From Acidobacteriota bacterium (lineage in GTDB: Bacteria > Acidobacteriota > Thermoanaerobaculia > UBA5066 > Gp7-AA6): DNA of 64,000 nucleotides. The DNA is taken from assembly GCA_039933215.1 (NCBI GenBank), contig JBDTOO010000005.1, forward strand, positions 22,990-86,989, in the 5' to 3' direction. A program made the position numbers and the translations under genes. Shown one piece after another: positions 9,107 to 17,814 of this stretch (positions within the stretch are counted from its first letter, which is position 1; each line of letters starts with the position of its first letter). The notes beneath the pieces are model-generated. The model ran no database searches. It saw only the letters and a program-made list of their open reading frames with translations, and was not told the origin of the DNA.

Positions 9107-9753
9107 CGGGCGAGGCGGGCGCAGGGGTCGCGGTCGTCATCCTCGCGGCCGGAGGCTCCTCGCGCATGGGGCGGCCGAAACAGCTCCTTTCATGGCGCGG
9201 GAAGACGCTGCTCCGGGGGATCGCGGAGTCCGCCCTCGCCTCCCGTGCCTCGCGCGTGGTCGTCGTCGTCGGAAGCCGGTCGGAGCGGATCGGAAGAGAG
9301 CTCGACGGCCTGCCCGTCTCGACGATCGAAAACCCCACCTGGGAGGAGGGACTCGGGACGTCGCTCGCGGCGGGCGTGCGTTCGCTCGCGGGCGGATCGA
9401 CGCCGCCGGGCGCGATCGTCGTGCTCCTCGCCGATCAGCCGCTGGTGACGTCCGCGTCGATCGACCGTCTGATCGAGACGCACGACGCGACGGGGAGCCC
9501 GCTCGTCGCGTCGCTCCACGGGAGCGATCCCGGCGTCCCCGCCCTCTTCGCGGCGTCGTTCTTCGAGGCGCTTCTCGCGCTGCGCGGCGACCACGGCGCG
9601 AGAGAGATCCTGCGGGAGAACGCGGCCGCGGCGGTCCTGCTCGATCTGCCGGAAGCCCGGATCGACGTCGACACCGCGGCCGACTGGGAGAGGCTGTCGG
9701 GCGTCGGCGGGACGCCCGAAGACCCCGGGCCGGAGGGGCAGGCGCGGCGATGA
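9103..9753 (+). CDS. MobA-like NTP-transferase, probable molybdenum cofactor cytidylyltransferase (MocA-like)
   Basis: VAVVILAAGGSSRMGRPKQLL...LLADQP is a MobA/MocA nucleotidyltransferase signature. GTG 9103 overlaps the XdhC stop (GTGA). Confidence 0.75.
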   Translation: MTGEAGAGVAVVILAAGGSSRMGRPKQLLSWRGKTLLRGIAESALASRASRVVVVVGSRSERIGRELDGLPVSTIENPTWEEGLGTSLAAGVRSLAGGSTPPGAIVVLLADQPLVTSASIDRLIETHDATGSPLVASLHGSDPGVPALFAASFFEALLALRGDHGAREILRENAAAAVLLDLPEARIDVDTAADWERLSGVGGTPEDPGPEGQARR

Positions 9754-9868
9754 GCCGCCCCCCGCTTTTTTCCCCCATTCCCCGGCCGCCCTCCTCCGGC
9801 CCTAAAACCTTCCCCGGGCGGCGCCGTACCTCCTCTCCATCGCACCTGTCGTTTAACTGGAGGACCGC

Positions 9869-11014
9869 ATGAAGAGCCGTGTTCGTCCGCTTCTCGGGGC
9901 GCTCGTCCTGACTTCCGCCCTGGCCCGGCCCGGGCTGGCCGCCCAGGGGCTCACCTTTCCGCCGAACGGCGACAACCCGCAGGCCTCCGTGACCCAGGCG
10001 ATCGGTCCGGTGCGCGTGACGATCGACTATTCGAGCCCCCGCGTTGTGCGCGGATCGAACGACCGGCGCGGAAAGATCTGGGGCGAGCTCGTCCCGTGGG
10101 GACTGACCGACCTCGGCTTGAACGGCTGCGCGAGCTGCCCCTGGCGCGCCGGAGCCAACGAGAACACCACCTTCGCCGTCACGCATGACGTCCAGGTTCA
10201 GGGCCGGCCGCTTCCGGCGGGGACCTACGGCCTCCACATGATTCCCGGCAAGGATGAATGGACGGTCGTCTTTTCGAAGGACGCGAAATCGTGGGGCAGC
10301 TACTGGTACGACGCGAAGCAGGACGCTCTGCGGGTCACGGTGAAGCCGGGCAAGAGCGAATACCACGAGTGGCTCACGTACGAGTTCACGGAGCGGGAAC
10401 CCGCGAAGGCCACCGTCGCGTTGAAGTGGGAGGAGCTCCAGATCCCGATCTCGGTGTCCGTCGAAAACGTGAACCAGCTCTGGGTCGACAACCTGCGCAC
10501 CGATCTCCGGCAGTGGTCGGGGTTCTTCTGGCAGAACTGGCAGCAGGCGGCGGCGTTCTGCGCGCAGAACAAGATCAACCTTCCGGAGGCGATGAAGTGG
10601 GCGGAGCGTGCCGTCTCGGATCCCTATTCCGGCGGCCAGGAGAATTTCACGACGCTGTCGACGCTTTCGCGGCTGCAGGGGTTGAACGGCCGCGAGCAGG
10701 AGGCGGCGCGAACATTCGACAAGGCGATCAACCATCCGACGGCGCAGCCGCTCGAGATCCACGTCGCGGGACGGCAGCTCCTGACGGACGGCAGGAAAGC
10801 CGAGGCTTTGAAGGTGTTCCAGCTGAACGCGAAACGCTTCCCGAATCAATGGCCCGTCCACGTGGGACTGATGCGCGGCTACGCGGCGACGGGAGACCGG
10901 AAGCGGGCGATCGAAGAGGGCCGGCTCGCGCTCGCGCAGGCTCCCGACGCGTCTCAGCGCAAGAACCTGGAAACCGTCCTGAAGCAGCTCGAAGCGGGCC
11001 AGGAAATCAACTAG
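9869..11014 (+). CDS. DUF2911 domain protein with C-terminal TPR-like helical region, secreted
   Basis: Signal peptide. IWGELVPWG...WRAGANENTTF...GTYGLHMIPGKDEWTVVFSKDAKSWGSYWYDAKQDALRVTVKP matches the DUF2911 consensus. RBS GGAGG upstream. Confidence 0.75.
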   Translation: MKSRVRPLLGALVLTSALARPGLAAQGLTFPPNGDNPQASVTQAIGPVRVTIDYSSPRVVRGSNDRRGKIWGELVPWGLTDLGLNGCASCPWRAGANENTTFAVTHDVQVQGRPLPAGTYGLHMIPGKDEWTVVFSKDAKSWGSYWYDAKQDALRVTVKPGKSEYHEWLTYEFTEREPAKATVALKWEELQIPISVSVENVNQLWVDNLRTDLRQWSGFFWQNWQQAAAFCAQNKINLPEAMKWAERAVSDPYSGGQENFTTLSTLSRLQGLNGREQEAARTFDKAINHPTAQPLEIHVAGRQLLTDGRKAEALKVFQLNAKRFPNQWPVHVGLMRGYAATGDRKRAIEEGRLALAQAPDASQRKNLETVLKQLEAGQEIN

Positions 11015-11030
11015 GCTCCCGCGGAAAAAG

Positions 11031-12041
11031 TCAGGGCGTCCGGGGCGGGCGGGCCTTCAGGCCGAGCCGCGCGAGGAACGCGGCCTGGCCTTCCCCGTGC
11101 AGCTTCCAGTACTCCAGGCGGTCGCTCCCGAGAAGAGTCGCCTTCTCGCCGTCGCTCGTCTCCCATTCGACGATCCGATGGGGAGCGGCGGATTCCACGG
11201 CGAGTTTCCATACGGGCCCGCCCGCGATCTCGACGGTCCGGCGCTCCACGTCGAACGTGCCCGCGGGCACGACGAGCCGGGTGACCTCGCCGCCCCGGAC
11301 GAGCGTCGCCCGGAGCATCTCGACGGGACGGTGGCCGAGCCGGGCGGCCTCGATCGAGCGCACGAAGGGCACCTCCCGCCGCTCGCCGGGGGCCAGCCGG
11401 GGTGCCGCGAGTCCGCGAGCCCAGAGGAGGATCGCGTCTCCCGACAAGGCGTCATCCGGAACGGCGATCGCGCGGGCCTGATCCGCCTCCCCGTCGAAAT
11501 AGCTGTGCGACGCGAGCCGCGCCAATCCCCGGTCGAACAGGAGCTGGCTGTACACGTGGCCGCACCACTCCTGAGAGGAAAAGGAGACCTTCGTCGCGGC
11601 GCCCGCCGGGCGTCCGTTGACGGGAGCGAGCGAGACCCACGCGCTCGTGAGCAGGTTGTAGTCGTAGATGCCGGTGGAGAAGTCCTCGACGAGGTTCAGC
11701 TTCATCACGGGGAATTCGTCGGACTTCGGCCTCGGGGTCTCCGACTTGACGCGGAGTGAGTTCGAAAAGGTCTCCGTGACGAAGATCGCGATCGCGACGC
11801 CCTTCCTCTGCTCCCCATATCGCGGAAACGCGAGGTCGTAGCCGGCGAGCTCCGCCTTCCCGTCCCCCCAGTGCTTCCAGAACGCGTCTCCGAACTCGAG
11901 CGCCGCGCCCGCGGCCACGGATGCCGGCGGCCCGGAAGCCCGCGAGGGCTCCCCGCGCCGGGCGGCACCGGCGGCGAGGACGACGGCGAGGGCGCTCGCG
12001 GCGGCGGCGGCGATGATCGTGCGGCGAACGTGTCGATTCAT
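11031..12041 (-). CDS. Hypothetical secreted protein
   Basis: ATG start at 12039-12041, G-rich RBS-like tract (GGGGGAG) upstream. N-terminal signal peptide IIAAAAASALAVVLAAGAA. No recognisable family. Confidence 0.55.
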   Translation of the reverse strand: MNRHVRRTIIAAAAASALAVVLAAGAARRGEPSRASGPPASVAAGAALEFGDAFWKHWGDGKAELAGYDLAFPRYGEQRKGVAIAIFVTETFSNSLRVKSETPRPKSDEFPVMKLNLVEDFSTGIYDYNLLTSAWVSLAPVNGRPAGAATKVSFSSQEWCGHVYSQLLFDRGLARLASHSYFDGEADQARAIAVPDDALSGDAILLWARGLAAPRLAPGERREVPFVRSIEAARLGHRPVEMLRATLVRGGEVTRLVVPAGTFDVERRTVEIAGGPVWKLAVESAAPHRIVEWETSDGEKATLLGSDRLEYWKLHGEGQAAFLARLGLKARPPRTP

Positions 12042-12187
12042 GGTGCTCCCCCGGCTGTAGCGGACGCGGATCAGCGGACCCGCTCCAGACGATCATCTCC
12101 GATCCCGCCCGCCCGCCGGCGTCCCCCCTCGATGGGCGGGAGAATCCCCGCGGCGGGAGCGGGGCCGGTTTCCGATAGCATCCCCGC

Positions 12188-14053
12188 GTGCCGGCCATCG
12201 CATGCGTCCTCCTCCTTCTCGTATCCCCCATGACGGCTCCCGGGCCGCCCATTCCCGTGCCCGCCCCCATACCCGTGCCGGTGGCGGCGCCGACCGCCGC
12301 TCCGACGCCGTCACCGACCCCGGCCGGCCCGCGCACCGTCGCCCGAATCGTCGAGGAATACATCGAGCGCGACTTCGAGATGTTTCCGAGCCGCTCGACG
12401 GAGGCGGGACGCCACGAGCGCGACGAAGACCTCGAAGATCTGTCGAAGGAGAAGCGGGACCGGTGGGTCGCCTGGAACCGGAGCCTCGCCGGAGACCTGC
12501 GACGGGCCCTCCTCCGGCCGGGTGTCTCGCGCGACGACCGGCTCGACGCGGAGCTCGTGGGACGGGAAGCCGAGCGGCAGATCCAGGAGCTCGCGGTTCT
12601 CCGCCGTCCCGAACGGGATCCTCTCTACTGGACGAACATCGCCGCGAACGCGGCCGTGTTCCTCCTGGTCCGCGAGGACCTCCCGCTCCGACAACGCCTG
12701 GAAGCGGTCCGCAAGCGCGTCCGGCGGATCCAGCGGCTGGCGCGCCAGGCGGAGGAGACCCTCGGCGCAACGCCGCCGTCCGACATTCCGCCCGAGCTCT
12801 GCACGATCGCGGCGTCGCAGGCCCGAGCGTCGGCGGCCTTTTACCGCGACGGTTTTCCGAAACTGTATCCCGCCTACGACGCCGAAGCGCGCGCCGCGGC
12901 GATCATCGCGGAACGCTCTCTCGACCGGCTGGCCGCGTTCCTGGAGCAGCTGGCCGGCCGCGCGACGGCGTCGCCTCGCCTGCGGGAACGCTACGCGGAG
13001 ACCCTGCGGATCGCGACGGGGGAGAAAAGCCCGGCCGCGCTCCAGCGCCGCGCCGAGGCGGATCTCGCCGCGAAGAGGCGGGAGGCGGCCGCGTACGGCC
13101 GCTCGGTCTGGGGGGATGTGATGCCGGGAGAGGCGGCGCCCGAGGAAGACTCCCGGCTCCTGGCCCGGCTCTTCGCCCGCGTCGCGCAAGACGGAGCCGC
13201 GACGACCGAAGAGTTCGTGGACGACTATCGGAAGATCGTCGCGGACCTCGACAAGTTCCTTCACGAGCGGGACATCGTGACGCTGCCGGAGCCCCTGACG
13301 CTCCGGACGGATCGGTCGCCGGCTTATTTCGTCGGCCAGAGCGTGGGCGGGGTGTATCCCGCCGGCCCCTACGCCCCGGGGATGGACACGCTCTGGTATC
13401 TGCCCACGCCTCCCGACTCGGCGACCGACGAGGCGCGGAAGGGTTTCTTCCGCGACTTCAACCACCACTTCAACGTGATGATCACGTCGCACGAGATTCT
13501 TCCCGGCCACTATCTCCAGCTGAAGCGCGCGGCGCTTTTGCCGCGGAAGGTCCGCGCGCTCTTCCCCGACGGCGTCTACGTCGAGGGCTGGGGCACCTTT
13601 TGCGAGAGGCTGATGCTCGATCTCGGCTGGGGCGGGCCTCTCGACCGGCTCGCGCACCTGAAGAAGCAGATGGAGAACATCGCGCGCGCCATCGTCGACG
13701 TCCGTGTTCACACCGGCGAGATGAGCCGCGCGGACGTGATCCGGTTCGTGAAGGAGGACGCGCTGCAGGACGACCAGTTCGCGTCCAACATGTGGACACG
13801 CGCGATCACGAGCCCGACGCAGATCACGACGTATTACATCGGGTACGCCCAGGTGCGCGGGCTGTTCGAGGACGTCCGGAAGCAGCAGGGCGCGTCTTTT
13901 TCTCTCAAGGAATTCATGGACGGGATGATGGCGGACGGCCCGGTTCCCGTACGGCACTACCGGGAGCGGATGCGCGGCGCCGGTCGAGCCGGGGCCTCGA
14001 AGAAAGCCCGTCTCGGGCCCCTCCCTGGAATTCCGGCGCCCGCCCCCGGTTAG
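12188..14053 (+). CDS. DUF885 family protein (putative metallopeptidase-like), secreted, Pro-rich N-terminal linker
   Basis: GTG start. HEILPGHYLQ matches the DUF885 HExxPGH motif. About 620 aa, typical for the family. Confidence 0.75.
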   Translation: MPAIACVLLLLVSPMTAPGPPIPVPAPIPVPVAAPTAAPTPSPTPAGPRTVARIVEEYIERDFEMFPSRSTEAGRHERDEDLEDLSKEKRDRWVAWNRSLAGDLRRALLRPGVSRDDRLDAELVGREAERQIQELAVLRRPERDPLYWTNIAANAAVFLLVREDLPLRQRLEAVRKRVRRIQRLARQAEETLGATPPSDIPPELCTIAASQARASAAFYRDGFPKLYPAYDAEARAAAIIAERSLDRLAAFLEQLAGRATASPRLRERYAETLRIATGEKSPAALQRRAEADLAAKRREAAAYGRSVWGDVMPGEAAPEEDSRLLARLFARVAQDGAATTEEFVDDYRKIVADLDKFLHERDIVTLPEPLTLRTDRSPAYFVGQSVGGVYPAGPYAPGMDTLWYLPTPPDSATDEARKGFFRDFNHHFNVMITSHEILPGHYLQLKRAALLPRKVRALFPDGVYVEGWGTFCERLMLDLGWGGPLDRLAHLKKQMENIARAIVDVRVHTGEMSRADVIRFVKEDALQDDQFASNMWTRAITSPTQITTYYIGYAQVRGLFEDVRKQQGASFSLKEFMDGMMADGPVPVRHYRERMRGAGRAGASKKARLGPLPGIPAPAPG

Positions 14054-14073
14054 CGTTCCGGCAGGAGGCCCCG

Positions 14074-14403
14074 ATGCGGCGATTAATTTTTTTGTGCGTG
14101 GTGCTTCTGGTTCCGGGCTCGTTTCTTGGAGCGGCGGAGGTCTTCGGGACCATCAGCGAGAACGGAAAGCCCGTTCCCCGCGGCGTCGCCGTGAAGCTCG
14201 ATTGCGCGGGAGTGGCGGCTTCCGGCGCGACGGATGAGTTCGGCTCCTACAGCGTGAAAACGGCGTCGACGGGAGACTGCCGTCTGACCGTCGAGTACAA
14301 GAAGTCGACACCCTCTCTCAAGGTGGCGCTCTACGAGAAGCCGGCCCGCTACGATCTCGTCGTGAAGGACGCCGCGGGCAAGGTCACCGTCGCGAGGAAG
14401 TGA
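14074..14403 (+). CDS. Small secreted protein, carboxypeptidase-regulatory-like / Cna-B-type fold
   Basis: AGGAGG 6 nt upstream of the ATG. Signal peptide MRRLIFLCVVLLVPGSFLGAAEV. ...GTISENGKPVPRGVAVKLDCAGVAASGATDEFGSYSV... Confidence 0.5.
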   Translation: MRRLIFLCVVLLVPGSFLGAAEVFGTISENGKPVPRGVAVKLDCAGVAASGATDEFGSYSVKTASTGDCRLTVEYKKSTPSLKVALYEKPARYDLVVKDAAGKVTVARK

Positions 14404-15362
14404 TGGCCGAGGCGCCCGGCCCGCGTCACCGCGACGCGTGGGAGAAGTCCGACATCATCTTGAAGCCGGTCGGCGGCCTTCTCACCGCCGTCGCCGTTGC
14501 GGTGCTGGGTCTCTGGACTTCGAGCTATCTGCGGGAGCGAGAAGGCCGCGACGCGGCCCTGCGCGAGCGCATGCAGACGAGCGACACGAACGCGCGCCTC
14601 TATTCGGAGCTCACGAGCCGCCGCGAAGAGTCCGAGAGCGCGCTGCGCAAGGACATGTTCACGTCGATCATCAATTCGTTTCTGCGCGAGGGTCCCGCGA
14701 CGGCCGAGCAGAAGATGCTGAACCTCGAGCTGCTGGTCTATAACTTTCACGAGTCGCTGAACCTGAAGCCGCTCTTTCTTCACATTCAGAGAGAAGTGCG
14801 GGGCACCCCCCGGCAGGCCGAGTACCTCGAGAGGCTGCACCAGGTGGCGGAGCAGGTCATCCACAAGCAGATGCTCGTGATCGGCGACGGAGGCGAGACG
14901 TTCGACGCGACCATCGACACGAAGAATCTCGCGTTCCCGGACTCCGACTCTGAGACCGCCGCGTCCGCCATCGCGAGAGACCTGTCCGTCGACGGCATCC
15001 GGCGCAACGTGAAGCTCGAGATCGTCTCGGCCGACCCCGCGAACGAGGCGATCCAGCTCCGCATGACGATCCGCACCGCCGAGGCCGGCCGCGTCGAGAC
15101 GAGCGCGACGGACTTCTGGCTCGGACACTTCGACTTTCCGATGATCGACAACACGCGCCTGCCGCACGACCAGCGCCTCGCCGTCGTCCTGAACAATTTC
15201 GACGCGAAGCGGGGCGTCGCCGACGTCACGGCCGCGCTCTTCCCGGGCAAGTATGCCGCCCTGCGGGAAAAGCCGTACTACGACGAGATCCTGGCCAAGC
15301 TCCTCGCGGCGAACAGAACCGTAACGACCGAGCCAACGCCCGTCCCGACGCGGCAGCCGTAG
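14403..15362 (+). CDS. Hypothetical single-pass membrane protein
   Basis: ATG overlaps the stop of the upstream small gene (TGATG). One TM segment LLTAVAVAVLGLWTSSYL. No family recognised. Confidence 0.55.
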   Translation: MAEAPGPRHRDAWEKSDIILKPVGGLLTAVAVAVLGLWTSSYLREREGRDAALRERMQTSDTNARLYSELTSRREESESALRKDMFTSIINSFLREGPATAEQKMLNLELLVYNFHESLNLKPLFLHIQREVRGTPRQAEYLERLHQVAEQVIHKQMLVIGDGGETFDATIDTKNLAFPDSDSETAASAIARDLSVDGIRRNVKLEIVSADPANEAIQLRMTIRTAEAGRVETSATDFWLGHFDFPMIDNTRLPHDQRLAVVLNNFDAKRGVADVTAALFPGKYAALREKPYYDEILAKLLAANRTVTTEPTPVPTRQP

Positions 15363-15369
15363 ATCCGTC

Positions 15370-15545
15370 GCCCTTTGGGTCGCTGCGCGACCGTCGGGCT
15401 CCCGCATCGCGAACCTCCTCCCCGCGGAATCGCGCGGAGACTATTCGCGATGCGACCGGGGCACTCTCGAGGGTGTGCCGATCGTCGAGCTCGTCTGGAG
15501 CTCGAGCCGCGGCTCGGCTTAGCCTCGACCGCTCACGGCGGTACG
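15370..15545 (+). repeat. Intergenic repeat family 1, copy A (~170 bp, palindromic core CATCGCGAACCTCCTCC..GGAGACTATTCGCGATG)
   Basis: Near-identical to 29815-29985 (reverse complement). Core repeated at 50111-50166. Confidence 0.8.
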
Positions 15546-15649
15546 ACAACGCGGCGCTGGGCCATTGAGGTGCCAGGCACGCATTTCGGTCCGCCGGCCT
15601 TAGATCCGGGGGCGGAACCGATGGCGGGTCCGCCGGCGTATTGAGAGAT

Positions 15650-16300
15650 ATGAACATTGGAGTGCTGGGAACCGGGTCGGTCGGAGCGACGCTCGCCGGC
15701 AAGCTCGTGGCTCTCGGACATGCGGTCCGGATGGGAGCCCGGGAACACGGCAACGAGAAGGCCCGCGCGTGGGCGGATTCGGCCGGCGAAAACGCATCCT
15801 CCGGCGCGTTTGCGGACGCCGCCCGCTTCGGCGACGTCGTCTTCAACGCGACCGCGGGCGCCGGATCGGTCGAGGCCGTCCGGGCCGCCGGGAAGGAGAA
15901 TCTGAAGGGGAAGGTCGTCATCGACGTCTCGAATCCCCTCGACTTCACCCAGGGCATGCCGCCCCGCCTCTTCACGGCGGCGGCCGGCGATTCGCTCGCG
16001 GAGCGGATCCAGGCGGAGCTTCCCGAGTCGCGGATCGTCAAGACCCTGAACACGATCAACGCCAGCGTGATGGTCGACCCGTCGCGCGTCGGGGCAGAGA
16101 GCGACATCTTTCTCTGCGGCAACGACCCCGCCGCCAAAGAGGAAGTCGCCTCGCTCCTGAAGGAGTTTGGCTGGGAGAGCGTCGTCGACCTGGGTCCCCT
16201 GACCGCCGCGCGCGGGATGGAGGCCTACGTCCTCTTCTGGCTCCAGCTCTGGGGAGCCCTGAAAACCCCGGACTTCAACATCCGCATAGCCCGCAAATAA
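15650..16300 (+). CDS. NADPH-dependent F420 reductase-like NAD(P)-binding oxidoreductase (F420_oxidored family)
   Basis: MNIGVLGTGSVGATLAGKLVALGHAV... is a Rossmann GxGxxG motif. About 217 aa, typical for Npd-like proteins. An in-frame TTG at 15641 is a possible alternative start. Confidence 0.75.
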   Translation: MNIGVLGTGSVGATLAGKLVALGHAVRMGAREHGNEKARAWADSAGENASSGAFADAARFGDVVFNATAGAGSVEAVRAAGKENLKGKVVIDVSNPLDFTQGMPPRLFTAAAGDSLAERIQAELPESRIVKTLNTINASVMVDPSRVGAESDIFLCGNDPAAKEEVASLLKEFGWESVVDLGPLTAARGMEAYVLFWLQLWGALKTPDFNIRIARK

Positions 16301-16324
16301 CCCCGCCGCAGAGTCGCTGAGTCG

Positions 16325-16395
16325 CTGGGGTGCCAGGCACGCATTTCACCATTTCCGAGGCGCGAGTGGTGCCAGGCACGCATTTCGCCATTTCC
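16325..16395 (+). repeat. Two tandem copies of short hairpin motif GGTGCCAGGCACGCATTTC (third copy at 15567-15585)
   Basis: Direct sequence comparison. The motif contains the near-palindrome GTGCC-A-GGCAC. Confidence 0.7.
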
Positions 16396-16430
16396 GCAGA
16401 CGGGAAGCAGCGTTTTGCCCTACTCACCCA

Positions 16431-16553
16431 TCCGCTCGCAGCGTGAGGAGTCTCCCGACGAAGGAGGGAGGAGCCTCACGTTGCGGGAGCCGGAGCGTCA
16501 GCGGAGGCGACGTGCGAGGAGCCTCACGCTGCGGAAGCCGGAGCTGAGCGAGG
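16431..16553 (-). repeat. Intergenic hairpin repeat family 2 (core CGCAGCGTGAGGCTCCTCC ... GGAGACTCCTCACGCTGCG), inverted copy plus partial copy
   Basis: Reverse complement matches the units at 19236-19460, 29618-29716 and 32588-32672. Confidence 0.75.
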
Positions 16554-16701
16554 GGTCAGGCGTCCGGTCGAGCGCGCATCCGCGCGAGCCGGACGCCGGT
16601 GCCGCGCAGCGGCAGACCTCTCGCTCGGCGCAGGCGACGGTTATGCTGTTCCCTTGCAACAGCCGCCCGTCGGATCTCTCGGGGCCGGCGATCCGCCTCG
16701 G

Positions 16702-17814
16702 GTGGCGGTCGCGGTGCCCCCGCCTCCCGTCTTCTCCGTCACCCGGCTGACGCTCCACGTTCTCGGGCTCGTCCTCGCCCTCGCCGCCCTGCTCTGGATG
16801 CTTCGACGGCTCGAAGGGGTCCTTCTGCTCCTGATCGTGTCCATCTTCTTCGCGTACCTGATCGCTCCTCTCGTCTCGCTCATGCGGCGCCCGCTCGTCC
16901 TGCGCGGCCGGCCGCACGCCCTGCCGCTCCCCGCCGCGATCGCAGCGGTCTACGTCGTGATCTTCGGCGCGCTGGCGATCGCGGCCTGGCTTCTCCTGCC
17001 GGTCGTTACGGCCGAGTTCGAGCAGCTCGCCGCCGAGGCGCCGGCGCACCTCGCGAGCGCGCAGGCCCGCCTCCAGTCTCTGCAGCACTACGAGCGAACG
17101 CATCTCCCGAAAGGAATGCGCGACGCCGTGAACGCCGCGGTCGATCGCTCCATCCAGGGCGCGGCCGGCGCCGTTCAGGGCGCCGTCCTCCCGTTTCTCG
17201 GCACGGTCCTGGGCTATTTGCCGTGGCTCGTGCTCGTTCCGATCCTCGCGCTCTTCATGCTCAAGGACGCGGATCTCTTCCGCCAGGCGGCTCTCCGAGT
17301 CATTCCCCGCGGCCGCCTGCGCTGGCGCGGCGACGACTTCTTTCAGGACGTCAACGCCACGCTCGCCGCCTACGTGCGCGCGCAGCTCATCGCGTCGCTC
17401 TTCATCGGCGCCGCCTGCACCATCGGATTCGCCCTGATCGGCGTTCCCTACGCGGTGGTGCTCGGTATCGTCGCCGGCGTGCTCGAGTTCATTCCGCTGG
17501 CGGGCCCGTTGACCGTCGCGGCCCTCGCCATCCTCTTCGCGAGCTTCCATTCGCCGGGGCAGGCCGTCGCGGCCCTCGTTTTCCTAGGAGTGCTTCGGAT
17601 CATCGAGGACTACGTCGTGTATCCGAGAATCATCGGCCGCGGGATCCACCTGCATCCGCTGGCGATCATCCTGGCGATCCTCTGCGGCGTGGAGCTCGGC
17701 GGGCTCGCGGGGATCTTCCTCTCGATCCCCGTCGTGGCGATCGTGTCCGTGGCGTTCCGCCACTGGCGAGAGCACCGAGCCGAGGACGCCGGCCTCGCCA
17801 TCGCGAACTCCTAA
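16702..17814 (+). CDS. AI-2E family transporter (PerM/YhhT, UPF0118)
   Basis: Multi-TM protein. Conserved C-terminal region VLGIVAGVLEFIPLAGP...IIEDYVVYPRIIG. Start is uncertain: GTG 16702, GTG 16714 or TTG 16654 are all in frame. Confidence 0.75.
   Translation: MAVAVPPPPVFSVTRLTLHVLGLVLALAALLWMLRRLEGVLLLLIVSIFFAYLIAPLVSLMRRPLVLRGRPHALPLPAAIAAVYVVIFGALAIAAWLLLPVVTAEFEQLAAEAPAHLASAQARLQSLQHYERTHLPKGMRDAVNAAVDRSIQGAAGAVQGAVLPFLGTVLGYLPWLVLVPILALFMLKDADLFRQAALRVIPRGRLRWRGDDFFQDVNATLAAYVRAQLIASLFIGAACTIGFALIGVPYAVVLGIVAGVLEFIPLAGPLTVAALAILFASFHSPGQAVAALVFLGVLRIIEDYVVYPRIIGRGIHLHPLAIILAILCGVELGGLAGIFLSIPVVAIVSVAFRHWREHRAEDAGLAIANS

Noticed and set aside
9754-9868. Rho-independent terminator after the pao/mocA operon
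   Set aside because: Only weak GC stems (GGCCG...CGGCC) without a following T-tract. Not confident enough to call.
9137-10861. 574-aa minus-strand ORF over the MocA-like and DUF2911 genes
   Set aside because: Spans an intergenic region and two well-supported plus-strand genes. Arg-rich junk translation.
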